Assembly (NCBI GenBank): GCA_963850905.1
Contig: CAWKMU010000003.1
Location: forward strand, 448,001-512,000
Direction of reading: 5' to 3'
DNA: 64,000 bases
Origin: an uncultured Gemmatimonadales bacterium
GTDB taxonomy: Bacteria; Gemmatimonadota; Gemmatimonadetes; Gemmatimonadales; Gemmatimonadaceae
Shown: in pieces, positions 20,393 through 30,162 of the stretch
Numbering within the stretch: position 1 is the first letter of the stretch
Layout of the letters: each line of letters starts with the position of its first letter
The notes under the pieces: model-generated
What the model was told of the DNA's origin: nothing
Database searches by the model: none
The model's input: the letters and a program-made list of their open reading frames with translations, nothing else
Position numbers and translations under genes: made by a program

Positions 20393-20538
20393 AAGGCTCC
20401 GCTAGGCGAAGTCGCCGACCCACCCCTCGCGCGATCGTCGCGAGCGGCCGTCGGCTCTGTTTTCCTCAACCGCTTGACGGCCTCAGCAGAAGGGACGTCA
20501 CGGCCCCTTTTCGGTCAGATTGACTGAACTAACGCCTT

Positions 20539-20569
20539 GTCTACTTTCTACTTTCTGACCCCCTACTTT
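20539..20569. repeat. CTACTTT heptamer repeat
   Basis: GTCTACTTTCTACTTTCTG is identical to 60981-60999 and similar to 52050-52068. Confidence 0.7.
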
Positions 20570-20624
20570 CTCCGGCGCGAAGCGCTGGCCCCGGGTTCCG
20601 AAGGCGTCCTAAACCACCACCGTA

Positions 20625-21980
20625 TTGCTCCCTCCTCGCCACCTGCTGGCCGACCTGTACACCGCCGCGATCGCCGGCGCACTACCAGAAACGGCCACGC
20701 GGACTGCCGTCGTGGGACTCGAGCTCCCACACTCGACCCGCGTGCACATCATCGGGATCGGAAAGGCCGCCATGCCGATGGCCGCGGGCGCGACGTCCGC
20801 ACTCGCAGAAACTGGCGCCACGCTCGTCGGTGGCGTACTCGTCGCCCCGCCGCCTGCGATCCCCGCACCGGACCCATCGCTCCGCGTAGCGGTGGGTGAT
20901 CACCCAATCCCGGCCGCGCGATCCGAAGCGGCGGCAGCGGTGATCGCCGACACCGCATCCCTGGTACGACCAGACGAGTGCGTCCTCGCCCTGATCTCGG
21001 GCGGTGGCTCGAGTCTCGCGGCCGCGCCGGCGCCCGAGGTACCCGGGCTGACGCAGCCGGACTTGAGTGCATTGTACGAGGCGCTGCTCGCTTCGGGCGC
21101 CGACATCCATCTGGTCAACGCCGTGCGCAAGCGATTCGTGCGCTGGACGGGAGGCCGGCTCGCCATCGCGCTCGCCCCGGCCCGCGTGCAGTGCCTCGCC
21201 GTATCCGATATCCCCGGCGATGATGTGGGCATGATCAGCTCAGGCCCCTGCGTCGCGGATCCCGAGCGGGCCGGCACGCTCGTCACCGCTCTGCAGTCGA
21301 GTGGCGTGTGGTCATGGCTCCCGCGATTCGCTCAACGACACCTGGACGACGTAGCACACGGTCGTGCTCCGGAGACACCCAAGCCGGATGCGCCGGCGTT
21401 TCGGCACGTCCGCGCGCGAGTGATCGTGAGCAATCGTCATGCACTGGAAGCCGCGGCCGCGCGCGCCCGTGCGGCGGGCATCGATGACGTGACGATCGAG
21501 CCGACGCCGCTCACCGGCGAAGCGGCGATCGCGGGAGTCCGCACCGCCAGCGATCTCATTGCGCGGCGCAAACGCGCCCGGGGACCTCGCGTCACCCGAT
21601 GCGTGCTATGGGGTGGCGAAACCACCGTCACGATACGCGATGCGGCCGGACATCCCGCGCCGCTCACCGAGCAATCGCTCGGCGGACGGAGTCAGGAGCT
21701 CGCCCTCGCGGCTGCGAGGTCGCTCGCCGACGCCGGCGAGCCGGCAGAAGGAATCACGATCCTTGCCGCGGGCACCGATGGACGGGACGGGCCGACCGAC
21801 GCGGCGGGCGCCATCATCGACAGTGCGACCTGGTCGGCCATTGCGGCCGCGGGTCGTGATCCGGCCACCGACCTGGCAGAGCACAACGCGTATCGTGCGC
21901 TCGACGCGGCGAAGGTCCTGCTGCGCCCCGGCCTCACCGGCACGAATGTGATGGATCTCGTGATCGGGCTACTTTTGTAA
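20625..21980 (+). CDS. Glycerate kinase type 2 (DUF4147/MOFRL, TtuD-like)
   Basis: GIGKAA, HPIP, LISGGGSSL, GGETTV, GGRSQE, GTDGRDG and TGTNVMD motifs. Confidence 0.93.
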   Translation: MLPPRHLLADLYTAAIAGALPETATRTAVVGLELPHSTRVHIIGIGKAAMPMAAGATSALAETGATLVGGVLVAPPPAIPAPDPSLRVAVGDHPIPAARSEAAAAVIADTASLVRPDECVLALISGGGSSLAAAPAPEVPGLTQPDLSALYEALLASGADIHLVNAVRKRFVRWTGGRLAIALAPARVQCLAVSDIPGDDVGMISSGPCVADPERAGTLVTALQSSGVWSWLPRFAQRHLDDVAHGRAPETPKPDAPAFRHVRARVIVSNRHALEAAAARARAAGIDDVTIEPTPLTGEAAIAGVRTASDLIARRKRARGPRVTRCVLWGGETTVTIRDAAGHPAPLTEQSLGGRSQELALAAARSLADAGEPAEGITILAAGTDGRDGPTDAAGAIIDSATWSAIAAAGRDPATDLAEHNAYRALDAAKVLLRPGLTGTNVMDLVIGLLL

Positions 21981-21983
21981 GCC

Positions 21984-22901
21984 ATGCACCGCGCGTTCAC
22001 GATCGGACTCGTCCAGGCCTCTGTCACCGCCGACGCCGCAGCCAACGTCCGGGACGCCGTGGCGCGCGTTCGCGAGGCGGCATCGCGTGGCGCCCAGATC
22101 ATCTGCCTGCAGGAGCTGTTCAATTCGCTCTACTTCTGCCAGGCGCAGAAGGGTGAACGATTCGACCTCGCCGAACCCATCCCGGGACCGACCACCGCGG
22201 CGATGCAGACACTCGCACGCGAGCTCGGCGTGGTGCTCATCGTGCCACTGTTCGAGCGCCAAGCTGCCGGCGTCTATCGCAACTCGGCCGCCATCATCGA
22301 CGCCGACGGTGCATTGCTCGGCGTCTATCGCAAGATGCACATCCCGGACGATCCCCTGTTCTACGAGAAGTACTACTTCACACCCGGCGACGCGACACAA
22401 GACGAGCGAGGGACCACGCCCGGCGGCGCAGGTGGGTTTCGCGTCTGGGAGACGCGCTTCGCGCGCGTGGGCGTCATGATCTGTTGGGACCAGTGGTATC
22501 CCGAGGCCGCACGCATCACGAGCTTACTCGGCGCCGAGATCCTGTTCTATCCGACCGCCATCGGGTGGCACCCCGCGGAGAAGGCGCAGTTTGGCGCGGA
22601 CCAGGTCAACGCATGGCAGACCATCCAGCGCGGGCACGCGATCGCGAACGGCGTCTATGTCGCGGCGCCCAATCGCGTCGGTCACGAGCCGGAGCCCGGA
22701 ACCGACGGACTCGAGTTCTTCGGTCACTCGTTCGTCAGCGACCCGTTCGGGCGCGTCATCGCGGAGGCAGGGACCAAGCCGGAGGTCATCGTCGCGACCT
22801 GCGATACCGCCGTCATCGAGGACACACGACGGAATTGGCCATTCTTCCGTGACCGGCGCATCGACGCGTACCAACCAATCCTCGGTCGATATCTTGGCTG
22901 A
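21984..22901 (+). CDS. aguB: Carbon-nitrogen hydrolase, probable N-carbamoylputrescine amidase
   Basis: LQELF, YRKMHIPDDP, ICWDQWYPE and YPTAIGW motifs; adjacent to agmatine deiminase. Confidence 0.88.
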   Translation: MHRAFTIGLVQASVTADAAANVRDAVARVREAASRGAQIICLQELFNSLYFCQAQKGERFDLAEPIPGPTTAAMQTLARELGVVLIVPLFERQAAGVYRNSAAIIDADGALLGVYRKMHIPDDPLFYEKYYFTPGDATQDERGTTPGGAGGFRVWETRFARVGVMICWDQWYPEAARITSLLGAEILFYPTAIGWHPAEKAQFGADQVNAWQTIQRGHAIANGVYVAAPNRVGHEPEPGTDGLEFFGHSFVSDPFGRVIAEAGTKPEVIVATCDTAVIEDTRRNWPFFRDRRIDAYQPILGRYLG

Positions 22902-23961
22902 CCTGGAGACGCGGGCCCGGCGTCGCATGCCGGCCGAGTGGGAGCCGCATGCCGCAACGTGGATTAGCTGGCCCCATCACGAGCCGGACTGGCCGGGCAA
23001 GCTCGATGCCGTGGGCTGGGTCTACGCGGAGATCGTGCGCGTGCTCGCGCCGCACGAGCGGGTGGAAGTGCTCGTGCTGGATGAGAGCATCGAGGACCAG
23101 GCCCGCACAGCGCTGACCGCGCACGGGGTCCCGGCGGATCGCCATCGGCTGCACCGCGTGCCGACCGACCGGGGATGGCTCCGCGACACCGCTCCGGCCG
23201 GCGTGCTCCGCGACAGTGGCGCAGTGGAGCTCGTGGCGTGGCGGTTCAACGCGTGGGCAAAATACGACAACTTCACGCAGGACCAGGGCGTGCCCGCGGC
23301 CATCGCTCGGATCGCCCAGTTGCGTGTCGTCGATGCCGTGCGACCGGACAGCCAGGGACCCGCGATCCTCGAGGGCGGTGCCATCGATGTCAATGGCGAG
23401 GGTGTGCTGCTCACCACGGAAGAGTGTCTCCTGTCGGATGTGCAGCTGCGCAACCCGGGGCTGACCCGCGACGGCTACGAGCAGCTGTTCCGCGAATACC
23501 TCGGCGTGCGGCAGACCATTTGGCTGGGTGACGGATGTGTGGGCGACGACACGCACGGTCACGTCGACGACATCGCACGATTCGTGGCGCCCGACGTGGT
23601 CGTGTTGGCGTCAGAGCCAGACCCCGCCGACGACAACCATCGCTCGTCCGAAGACAATCGGCGTCGATTGGAGCTCGCCGGTGGCGACGACGGCGCCTTT
23701 CGCATCGTCGACCTGCCCTATCCCAGACCCGTGATGATGGAAGGCCACCGCCTCCCGGCGAGCTATCTCAACTTCTACATCGCGAACGGGGTCGTGCTGG
23801 TACCGACCTTCAACGACCCACAGGACCGGATCGCGCTAACGACGCTCACGGAGCTGATGCCCAATCGACGGGTGGTCGGCATCCACGCGGTCGACCTGGT
23901 GTGGGGGTTCGGTACGATCCACTGCTTGACGCAACAGCAGCCCGAGGGCGAGACGGCGTGA
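22894..23961 (+). CDS. aguA: Agmatine deiminase
   Basis: MPAEWEPH, WLRD, LEGGAID, DDTHGHVDD, ASYLNFY and GTIHCLTQQ; start TTG 22894 or ATG 22927. Confidence 0.92.
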   Translation: MADLETRARRRMPAEWEPHAATWISWPHHEPDWPGKLDAVGWVYAEIVRVLAPHERVEVLVLDESIEDQARTALTAHGVPADRHRLHRVPTDRGWLRDTAPAGVLRDSGAVELVAWRFNAWAKYDNFTQDQGVPAAIARIAQLRVVDAVRPDSQGPAILEGGAIDVNGEGVLLTTEECLLSDVQLRNPGLTRDGYEQLFREYLGVRQTIWLGDGCVGDDTHGHVDDIARFVAPDVVVLASEPDPADDNHRSSEDNRRRLELAGGDDGAFRIVDLPYPRPVMMEGHRLPASYLNFYIANGVVLVPTFNDPQDRIALTTLTELMPNRRVVGIHAVDLVWGFGTIHCLTQQQPEGETA

Positions 23962-24464
23962 GCGTCGCCAGGGCGGCGGGAATGGCCTGGTGGATCGCGC
24001 TGTTGCTCGGCACGGCCGCGACGCGCGTGAGCGCGCAGGTGCACACGATCGCCAACCTGGTGGTCGGAGACGCCGTCGTGGTGGTGCAGGCGTCCTCCGA
24101 CAAGCAAGTGTACATCGGCGTGGGCACGGATACGCGCACGTCCACTGTCACCGCGAGTGCAACAGCAGTCGACGAATTCGTTGCCGAATGTGAAGCAATT
24201 GTTCGTCTCGGTGCACAACCGATACCCACGCACACAATCGATCGACCCGTCTTACAGGAAGGCGCCACCGGCCGATCCCTGTCTCTCACGCGGCAAATCG
24301 AGAAGCAGCACAGGGTTTCGGTGGTGAGCTATCACTTCTATGTTTCGGACGCGCGCCTCACCGGGTACGTCGTACCGGCGACGCCAGAGGAAACGAAAGC
24401 GGTGCTCCTGGCATTGCATCGGGCCGCAAGAGCGGCCGCTCCCGCGCACCCCAGTAAGAAATAG
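23958..24464 (+). CDS. Hypothetical exported protein
   Basis: GTGA overlap with the aguA stop; signal peptide ending VSA-Q. Confidence 0.65.
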   Translation: MSVARAAGMAWWIALLLGTAATRVSAQVHTIANLVVGDAVVVVQASSDKQVYIGVGTDTRTSTVTASATAVDEFVAECEAIVRLGAQPIPTHTIDRPVLQEGATGRSLSLTRQIEKQHRVSVVSYHFYVSDARLTGYVVPATPEETKAVLLALHRAARAAAPAHPSKK

Positions 24465-24512
24465 GGACCTGCACGACGCGGCACCGACCGCACATAATCG
24501 GTGCATCGGCGG

Positions 24513-24576
24513 GTAGGGGCGACGCATGCGTCGCCCGCCACGGTGCCACCGACGCACGTAGCACCTGCGTCGCCCG
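24513..24576 (+). repeat. REP hairpin plus a degenerate copy
   Basis: GTAGGGGCGACGCATGCGTCGCCC (24513-24536), then CGACGCA...TGCGTCGCCC. Confidence 0.8.
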
Positions 24577-24830
24577 TGGTGGCACTTCTCGCGCTACGGA
24601 CTGTATTGTGATCGTCATCACGAACGCCAACCGCGGGGTGGCCTCCAGGTCCACACCTGCGGTGTGGTGTGCCCTTTCACCGCGGGTGCACATGCAACCG
24701 CGGGCGATGTACGCATCGCCCGACCCGCCCAACAGCAGGATGAGTCGTTGTCTTCGTTCTCCGTTCTCCGCTCGCCGTTCGCACGCACTGCACACGCGTG
24801 GCGCCACATGGCCTCAATCGTCGCTCACCG

Positions 24831-26021
24831 ATGATCGCCGCGCTGACGTTCGTGTTCGCGGTTCAGGTGCGGGACTCTGTCCGGCCAGCCGCGACACCTG
24901 CCTGGCCCACCACGATCGACCGTGTTGTCCAACGCGGGGTGACGGCCGGTGGGTATCCCGGTGCGGCCGTCATCGTCGGCCGTCGGGACACGATTCTGCT
25001 CGCGCATGGCTATGGGCGACTGGGATGGGTCGAGGACGCTGGGCGAGTGGATCCCGCGACCACCATGTACGACCTCGCGTCGCTGACCAAGCCACTCGCG
25101 ACGACCGTGGCTGCGATGGTGTTGTACGACCACGGACGATTGGATCTGGATGCCCCGGTGTCTCGGTATCTGCCGCAGTGGCGTGGGGGCGGCCGCGAGC
25201 ACGTCACCGTACGCGACCTGTTGACGCATCGATCGGGACTGCCGGCAGGACGGGACCTCTGGGAGGCCGCACGGTCGCCCAGCGCGGCGCGCCGGGCCGT
25301 GTTGGAGACGCCGCTCGAGCTGCCCCCGGACCACCGGTTCATTTACTCGGATCTGGGCGCGGACGTCCTGGGTTTCGTGATCGAGGCCATCGCCCATGAG
25401 CCACTCGACGTGTTCCTCGCGCGCGGGGTGTACAAACCACTCGGCCTTCGCCACACCAGGTTTCGACCGGGTTCGGGCGATCTGACGCATGTGGCGTGGA
25501 CGGACGCACCACATGGAGTGGTCAACGACCGCAATGCTGCAGCACTCGGCGGTGTCGCCGGCCACGCGGGCCTCTTCGCCTCGGCTGGCGATGTGGCCGT
25601 GCTCGCGCAGATGATGCTGAACGGTGGCACCTATCACGGCGTGCGGGTGGTCAGCGACACGACGGTCGCACGCTTCACCACTCGTACCATCGGGACGCGT
25701 GCCCTCGGTTGGGATACCTGCGCCGGTGGCGCGAGCTGCGGTCAGTTCATGGGCGTTCGCGGTTACGGTCACACGGGCTACACGGGCACATCAGTGTGGA
25801 TCGACCCTGAGCACGACGTTTTCATCATCGTGCTCGCGAACTGGGCCGCCGGAAACCACATGCACCCCGCAGGCCCGATAGCGATCCTTGACGACGTTCG
25901 CGCCGATGTCGCAGACCTCGCCGAAGCCGCGGTCGCATCCGGCGCCGCCGGACATGTACCGGCCCCCGCGCGCGTCGCACTCCGCTCGGACGGTGAGCGC
26001 GGCTGGGCAAGCGGGAAATAG
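24831..26021 (+). CDS. Serine hydrolase of the class C beta-lactamase family
   Basis: LASLTK (SxxK), LLTHRSGL, YSD, GHAGLF and GHTGYTGT motifs. Confidence 0.9.
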   Translation: MIAALTFVFAVQVRDSVRPAATPAWPTTIDRVVQRGVTAGGYPGAAVIVGRRDTILLAHGYGRLGWVEDAGRVDPATTMYDLASLTKPLATTVAAMVLYDHGRLDLDAPVSRYLPQWRGGGREHVTVRDLLTHRSGLPAGRDLWEAARSPSAARRAVLETPLELPPDHRFIYSDLGADVLGFVIEAIAHEPLDVFLARGVYKPLGLRHTRFRPGSGDLTHVAWTDAPHGVVNDRNAAALGGVAGHAGLFASAGDVAVLAQMMLNGGTYHGVRVVSDTTVARFTTRTIGTRALGWDTCAGGASCGQFMGVRGYGHTGYTGTSVWIDPEHDVFIIVLANWAAGNHMHPAGPIAILDDVRADVADLAEAAVASGAAGHVPAPARVALRSDGERGWASGK

Positions 26022-26049
26022 GGGCACTCCAACTGCCGGGCCGGCATTC

Positions 26050-26187
26050 CGGGGCAGGGGTCGGGGAACAAACCGAAAGACGGATCACGACACGCCGCGC
26101 CCGGCCTTGGACCGGTAGGGGCGACGCATTGCGTCGCCCGCCGTTGCCATTGCGGTTGTCGTTCCCAGACCCCTGATCCCGACCCCG
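26050..26187 (+). mobile_element. Second MITE-like composite REP/heptamer element
   Basis: REP at 26115-26139; shares the CGCCGCG.CCGGCCTTGGACCG leader and GCCGTTG...TTGCGGTTGT tail with 14564-14717; 14/15 inverted match between 26055-26069 and 26161-26175. Confidence 0.6.
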
Positions 26188-26214
26188 CAGGTGCCGCCAT
26201 GGTATTTTTCGCCT

Positions 26215-26919
26215 ATGCGCCCCAACGCCATCGTCCTCTTGAGCGGCGGGCTGGACTCGACGACGCTCCTCGCGTCGGTGCTGCGCGAAGGCTATCGCCC
26301 CACGGCGTTGACATTTCGCTACGGTCAACGCCATGAGCACGAGATCCAGGCCGCCACGCGCGTGGCAGCGCACTATGGCGTCACCCACCGGATCGTCGAG
26401 CTCGATCTGCGGGCCACCGGCGGATCGGCGCTCACCGCCGACATCCCGGTGCCCAAGGATCGGCCGCTCGGAAAGCTCGGCTCCGACATCCCGATCACGT
26501 ACGTACCAGCGCGGAACACGATTTTCTTGTCGTTCGCGCTGGCGTGGGCCGAGGTGCTCGGCGCGCACGACATCTTCATCGGCGTCAACGCCCTCGACAG
26601 CAGTGGCTATCCAGACTGTCGCCCCGAATTCATCGCGGCATTCGAGCGCGTGGCCAACCTCGCGACGCGCAGCGGCGTCGAGGACCATGCGCCGATGCGC
26701 ATCCGCGCACCGCTCATCGGGATGACGAAGCGCGAGATCGTGCTCCTCGGACGCGCACTAGGCGTCGATCACGCAATGACCACGAGTTGCTACGATCCCG
26801 ACCCGTCCGGCGCGGCCTGCGGCCGCTGCGACGCGTGCCAGCTGCGTCTGCGAGGGTTTGCCGAGGCAGCGCTAGTCGACCCGATTGCGTACCAGCACAC
26901 ATCCCTCACGCCTGGGTGA
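26215..26919 (+). CDS. queC: 7-cyano-7-deazaguanine synthase
   Basis: [23 protein letters not shown] and SCY...CGRCDAC motifs. Confidence 0.96.
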   Translation: MRPNAIVLLSGGLDSTTLLASVLREGYRPTALTFRYGQRHEHEIQAATRVAAHYGVTHRIVELDLRATGGSALTADIPVPKDRPLGKLGSDIPITYVPARNTIFLSFALAWAEVLGAHDIFIGVNALDSSGYPDCRPEFIAAFERVANLATRSGVEDHAPMRIRAPLIGMTKREIVLLGRALGVDHAMTTSCYDPDPSGAACGRCDACQLRLRGFAEAALVDPIAYQHTSLTPG

Positions 26920-26933
26920 GCGCGGTCTCGTCG

Positions 26934-27581
26934 ATGTATACGGTCAAAGAGATCTTCTACACGCTCCAGGGCGAAGGCGCGCACACGGGTCGACCGGCAG
27001 TTTTTCTGCGCTTTGCCGGGTGCAATCTGTGGACGGGACGGGAAGAAGATCGTGCGCAGGCCGTCTGCCAATTCTGCGACACCGATTTTGTCGGCACCGG
27101 CCCGGACGGCGGACGCTTCGCGCAGCCGTCGGGCCTCGCCGACGCCGTCGAGGATCGCTGGCGCTCCGGCACGCGCGAGCGCGGCGCAGCGTCCGTGCAG
27201 CGGTTCGTCGTCTGCACCGGCGGTGAGCCACTGCTGCAGCTCGACGAACCGCTGATCGATGCGCTGCACGCGCGTGGCTTCACCGTCGCCATCGAGACGA
27301 ACGGCACGATGCAGCCGCCCCCGGGCATCGACTGGACGTGCGTGTCACCCAAGGCGGACGCGCAACTCACCCTGCGCCGCGGCGATGAGCTCAAGCTCGT
27401 CTTCCCGCAGACAGGCGGTGAGCCGGAGCGCTTCGCGGACCTCGACTTCCGGCATTTCTTCCTACAGCCCATGGACGGACCCGCCGTGGTAGCCAACACA
27501 CGCGAGGCGGTCGCGTACTGCCTCGCTCATCCGCAGTGGCGTCTCAGTCTGCAAACGCACAAGATGCTCGGCATCCGATGA
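26934..27581 (+). CDS. queE: 7-carboxy-7-deazaguanine synthase, Cx14CxxC type
   Basis: EIFYTLQGEG, CNLWTGREEDRAQAVCQFCDT, TGGEP, ETNGT and SLQTHK motifs. Confidence 0.95.
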   Translation: MYTVKEIFYTLQGEGAHTGRPAVFLRFAGCNLWTGREEDRAQAVCQFCDTDFVGTGPDGGRFAQPSGLADAVEDRWRSGTRERGAASVQRFVVCTGGEPLLQLDEPLIDALHARGFTVAIETNGTMQPPPGIDWTCVSPKADAQLTLRRGDELKLVFPQTGGEPERFADLDFRHFFLQPMDGPAVVANTREAVAYCLAHPQWRLSLQTHKMLGIR

Positions 27582-27983
27582 CGGACCGACACGAGCGCTC
27601 GACCGCGTCGCGCCTCGAAGTCTTTGTCGAGTTCCATTTCGAGGCAGCGCATCAACTGCCGGGCGTGCCGGCCGATCACATGTGTGCGCGGCTCCACGGA
27701 CACTCCTATGGCGTGCGTGTGTCCGTCGTCGGACCCATCGACGCTGGATCAGGCTGGGTCATCGACTACGGCACAATCACCGCCGCTATCGAGCCGCTGC
27801 GCGGCCGCCTCGACCACCGCTGCCTCAATGACATCGCCGGTCTCGAAAACCCAACGAGCGAGAATCTTGCAGTGTGGTTGTGGCAGCACCTCGAGCCCGC
27901 AATCCAGGGGCTGCACGCAATCGAGGTGCGTGAGATGGCTGGGTTGGGCTGCATTCTATCGCGGACCAGGCTGGGTCGTCTAA
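27578..27983 (+). CDS. queD: 6-carboxytetrahydropterin synthase, with a 1-nt insertion near 27956
   Basis: FEAAH, CARLHGHSY, LDH and NPTSEN; deleting one C gives the canonical end GCIYRG...TAA at 27983. Confidence 0.92.
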
Positions 27984-27994
27984 ATTCACCTGTG

Positions 27995-28708
27995 ATGGCA
28001 TACGGTCGAGCTCGATTACTCGGATGCGTGCTTGCGTCCGTCATGGTGCCTGCCTGCAAGGCTGGCGCGCAGGCAAGGCTACCCGCAGCGCTGCGCGGAG
28101 AGAGTCGTGACAGCGCTGTGGCGGTCGCGCCGCGACAAGCGCAACCCATCGGTTCCGATGCGCTGGGCCCGGACGTATCCTCCGCAATTACGCTGACCGC
28201 GCCAATCTCGGCGTCGACCCCAGCCGACTTGCCGCGCCCCTTCGCCGCATTCAGCCTATCAGCGCGATCCCTCGGCGATTCGCTCGTCGCGCTCGCGCGC
28301 GCGCAGATCGGACGGAGGTATCGTTTCGGTGGTACGACTCCGGAGCACGGGTTCGACTGCAGTGGACTCGTACGCTACGTCCTGGCCATGCTGCACGTGC
28401 CACTGCCACGAACGGCCAAAGAGCAGGCGCGTACGGGAGCCTTCGTCGAGCGAGACACCGCGCAGCTGCGTCCGGGCGACCTCGTCACGTTTGGCTCGCC
28501 TCGACGTATCTCGCACATCGGGATCTATGTCGGCGGCGGGCGCTTCGTGCAGGCGAGCAGCAAGGCCGGACGTGTGATCGAAACGCCGCTCAACCGGCGA
28601 CCGGCCCCCGGCGTCAAGCCGTGGCGTGGCGCACGACGCGTGGTGGCCCCAGACTCCGTACCCGAGTTCCCTCCCTCGACGAGCACGACTCAGGACGACG
28701 ACGGCTGA
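27995..28708 (+). CDS. NlpC/P60 (C40) peptidoglycan peptidase
   Basis: YRFGG, GFDCSGL, PGDLV.F and HIGIY motifs; own signal peptide after ATG 27995. Confidence 0.88.
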   Translation: MAYGRARLLGCVLASVMVPACKAGAQARLPAALRGESRDSAVAVAPRQAQPIGSDALGPDVSSAITLTAPISASTPADLPRPFAAFSLSARSLGDSLVALARAQIGRRYRFGGTTPEHGFDCSGLVRYVLAMLHVPLPRTAKEQARTGAFVERDTAQLRPGDLVTFGSPRRISHIGIYVGGGRFVQASSKAGRVIETPLNRRPAPGVKPWRGARRVVAPDSVPEFPPSTSTTQDDDG

Positions 28709-30147
28709 GGGGCCACTCGCGTGCCTCGCGGTAGCAGTTGATGGGTTGATACGGGCGACGGGTGCGTCGCCCTTTTTTGTGATCGCCCCGGACTCGCGCG
28801 CCGCGTCACCGCGCCGGTCTCTCGATCCACCGCCACACCCGTTCGCGGAAAATCGAGGCGGCTCAGCGAGTCGACCAGCACCAGCGCGCGTCGTCGCTTC
28901 GTATCCTCGCGCACAATCCCCGCGTCGACCTGCCGGGTCGGACGCAGCACCACGGCGTGCGGCCGCCCGGTGGAGTCGAGCGTGGCGCACATCACCGCGC
29001 TGCGATCCATGGGCTCGCGCAGGTCGAAGGGCCCGTAGTTGAGCAGGTTCCCCAGCGAATAGAAGATCAGCGCATCGTGACGCCACTCGGCCGCACGCAG
29101 CACGTGCGGGCCGTGGCCGATCACGAGCCCCGCACCTGCGTCTACCGCCACGTGTGCAAACGCGATCGGATTGCCGCGGCGCTCGCCGACGAATTGTTCG
29201 AGAGAATCCGGCGTGCGCTGCGCCAGTCGCCCCTCGGCACCGAGGTGTGCCGTCACGACGACACGGCGATAACGCGCTGCGGCCCTCGACACGAGGCGTC
29301 GCACGGCGGCGGTATCCTCGACCCCCGGATCAGACCACGCGCTGAACCCGAGAATCGCCGTCGTGTCACCCGCCGGCGTCGCGACGAGCGTCGGCGTCGT
29401 ATCGGCACCCGTGACCAGGAGACCGGCGCTATCGAGAAGCGCGACGGTCATCGCAAATCCCGCATCTCCCGCGTCTCGCGTGTGGTTGTTCGCGACGTTC
29501 GCGACGACGACCGCCGGTGTGTCGGCCAGCGTGCGTAGCGCGCGAGCCGCCATGGGACTCGAGCGGAGCGAGTAACACGTCGGATGTCCCGGCAGACACT
29601 TGGGATCGATGACTGGGCCACCGCCGATCGCGCCCTCGGCGTTGACCAACACCAGACTCGCACCGGCCACGATGCCGCGAAGCGGCGCTACGAGGGTCTC
29701 GCGCGATGCGAGGTGCGCATCGACGAGGCTGTCGGATACGGGAAGCGAATCCGCCACGAGACCGGTCATCCTCCGAATCCACGCGGTATCCATATTCGAT
29801 CCCAACGTGACGTCGCCACCGGCGCACAGGCGCACGCCTGAATCGCCTTCGGGGAGCGTTGCGGTTGTCGTTCCGGTTGTCGTTCCCCTGACCCCTGGCC
29901 CCTGACCCCTGACCCCTGTACCGCGACCCGCTGCGCGGGCGTGCTCGCCGCGCCCGCCTGTCGGTGACGCAGCGACGAGCCCCGCGAGAGCGACCACCAG
30001 CGCGGACGCACCACGTGAGAGGATGAGCGATCTCCGGAATGGGCCGCGGCTAGAATAAGCGCCGGGGCGCACCGGCGCGACCGGGGTCTCACACCGCGTT
30101 GGACGTTGATCGGGCCGCGTGGGCGTCCTCAAGGCGGCCCAGCCCAT
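28690..30147 (-). CDS. CapA family metallophosphoesterase-like protein (start uncertain, possibly GTG 30072)
   Basis: GGDV, NAEG, ANNHTRD, HLGAE, GHGPHV and YSLGN motifs. Confidence 0.85.
   Translation of the reverse strand: MGWAALRTPTRPDQRPTRCETPVAPVRPGAYSSRGPFRRSLILSRGASALVVALAGLVAASPTGGRGEHARAAGRGTGVRGQGPGVRGTTTGTTTATLPEGDSGVRLCAGGDVTLGSNMDTAWIRRMTGLVADSLPVSDSLVDAHLASRETLVAPLRGIVAGASLVLVNAEGAIGGGPVIDPKCLPGHPTCYSLRSSPMAARALRTLADTPAVVVANVANNHTRDAGDAGFAMTVALLDSAGLLVTGADTTPTLVATPAGDTTAILGFSAWSDPGVEDTAAVRRLVSRAAARYRRVVVTAHLGAEGRLAQRTPDSLEQFVGERRGNPIAFAHVAVDAGAGLVIGHGPHVLRAAEWRHDALIFYSLGNLLNYGPFDLREPMDRSAVMCATLDSTGRPHAVVLRPTRQVDAGIVREDTKRRRALVLVDSLSRLDFPRTGVAVDRETGAVTRRASPGRSQKRATHPSPVSTHQLLPRGTRVAPQPSSS
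28753..28778 (+). terminator. REP-like hairpin with T-tract terminating NlpC/P60
   Basis: GGGCGACG-GGTG-CGTCGCCC-TTTTTT; the stem equals the REP stem. Confidence 0.7.
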
Positions 30148-30162
30148 CCTCGGGACGGCGTG

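Noticed and set aside
26215..27983. 7-deazaguanine DNA-modification (dpd) defence island
   Set aside because: No dpdA/tgt-like or other dpd genes are nearby. An ordinary queC-queE-queD cluster suffices, and no preQ1 riboswitch was recognised upstream.
27536..28708. Apparent QueD-NlpC/P60 fusion protein (390-aa ORF)
   Set aside because: Removing one base near 27956 restores the canonical QueD end (CIYRG...stop 27983), and NlpC/P60 has its own ATG and signal peptide. The fusion is most likely an indel artefact.
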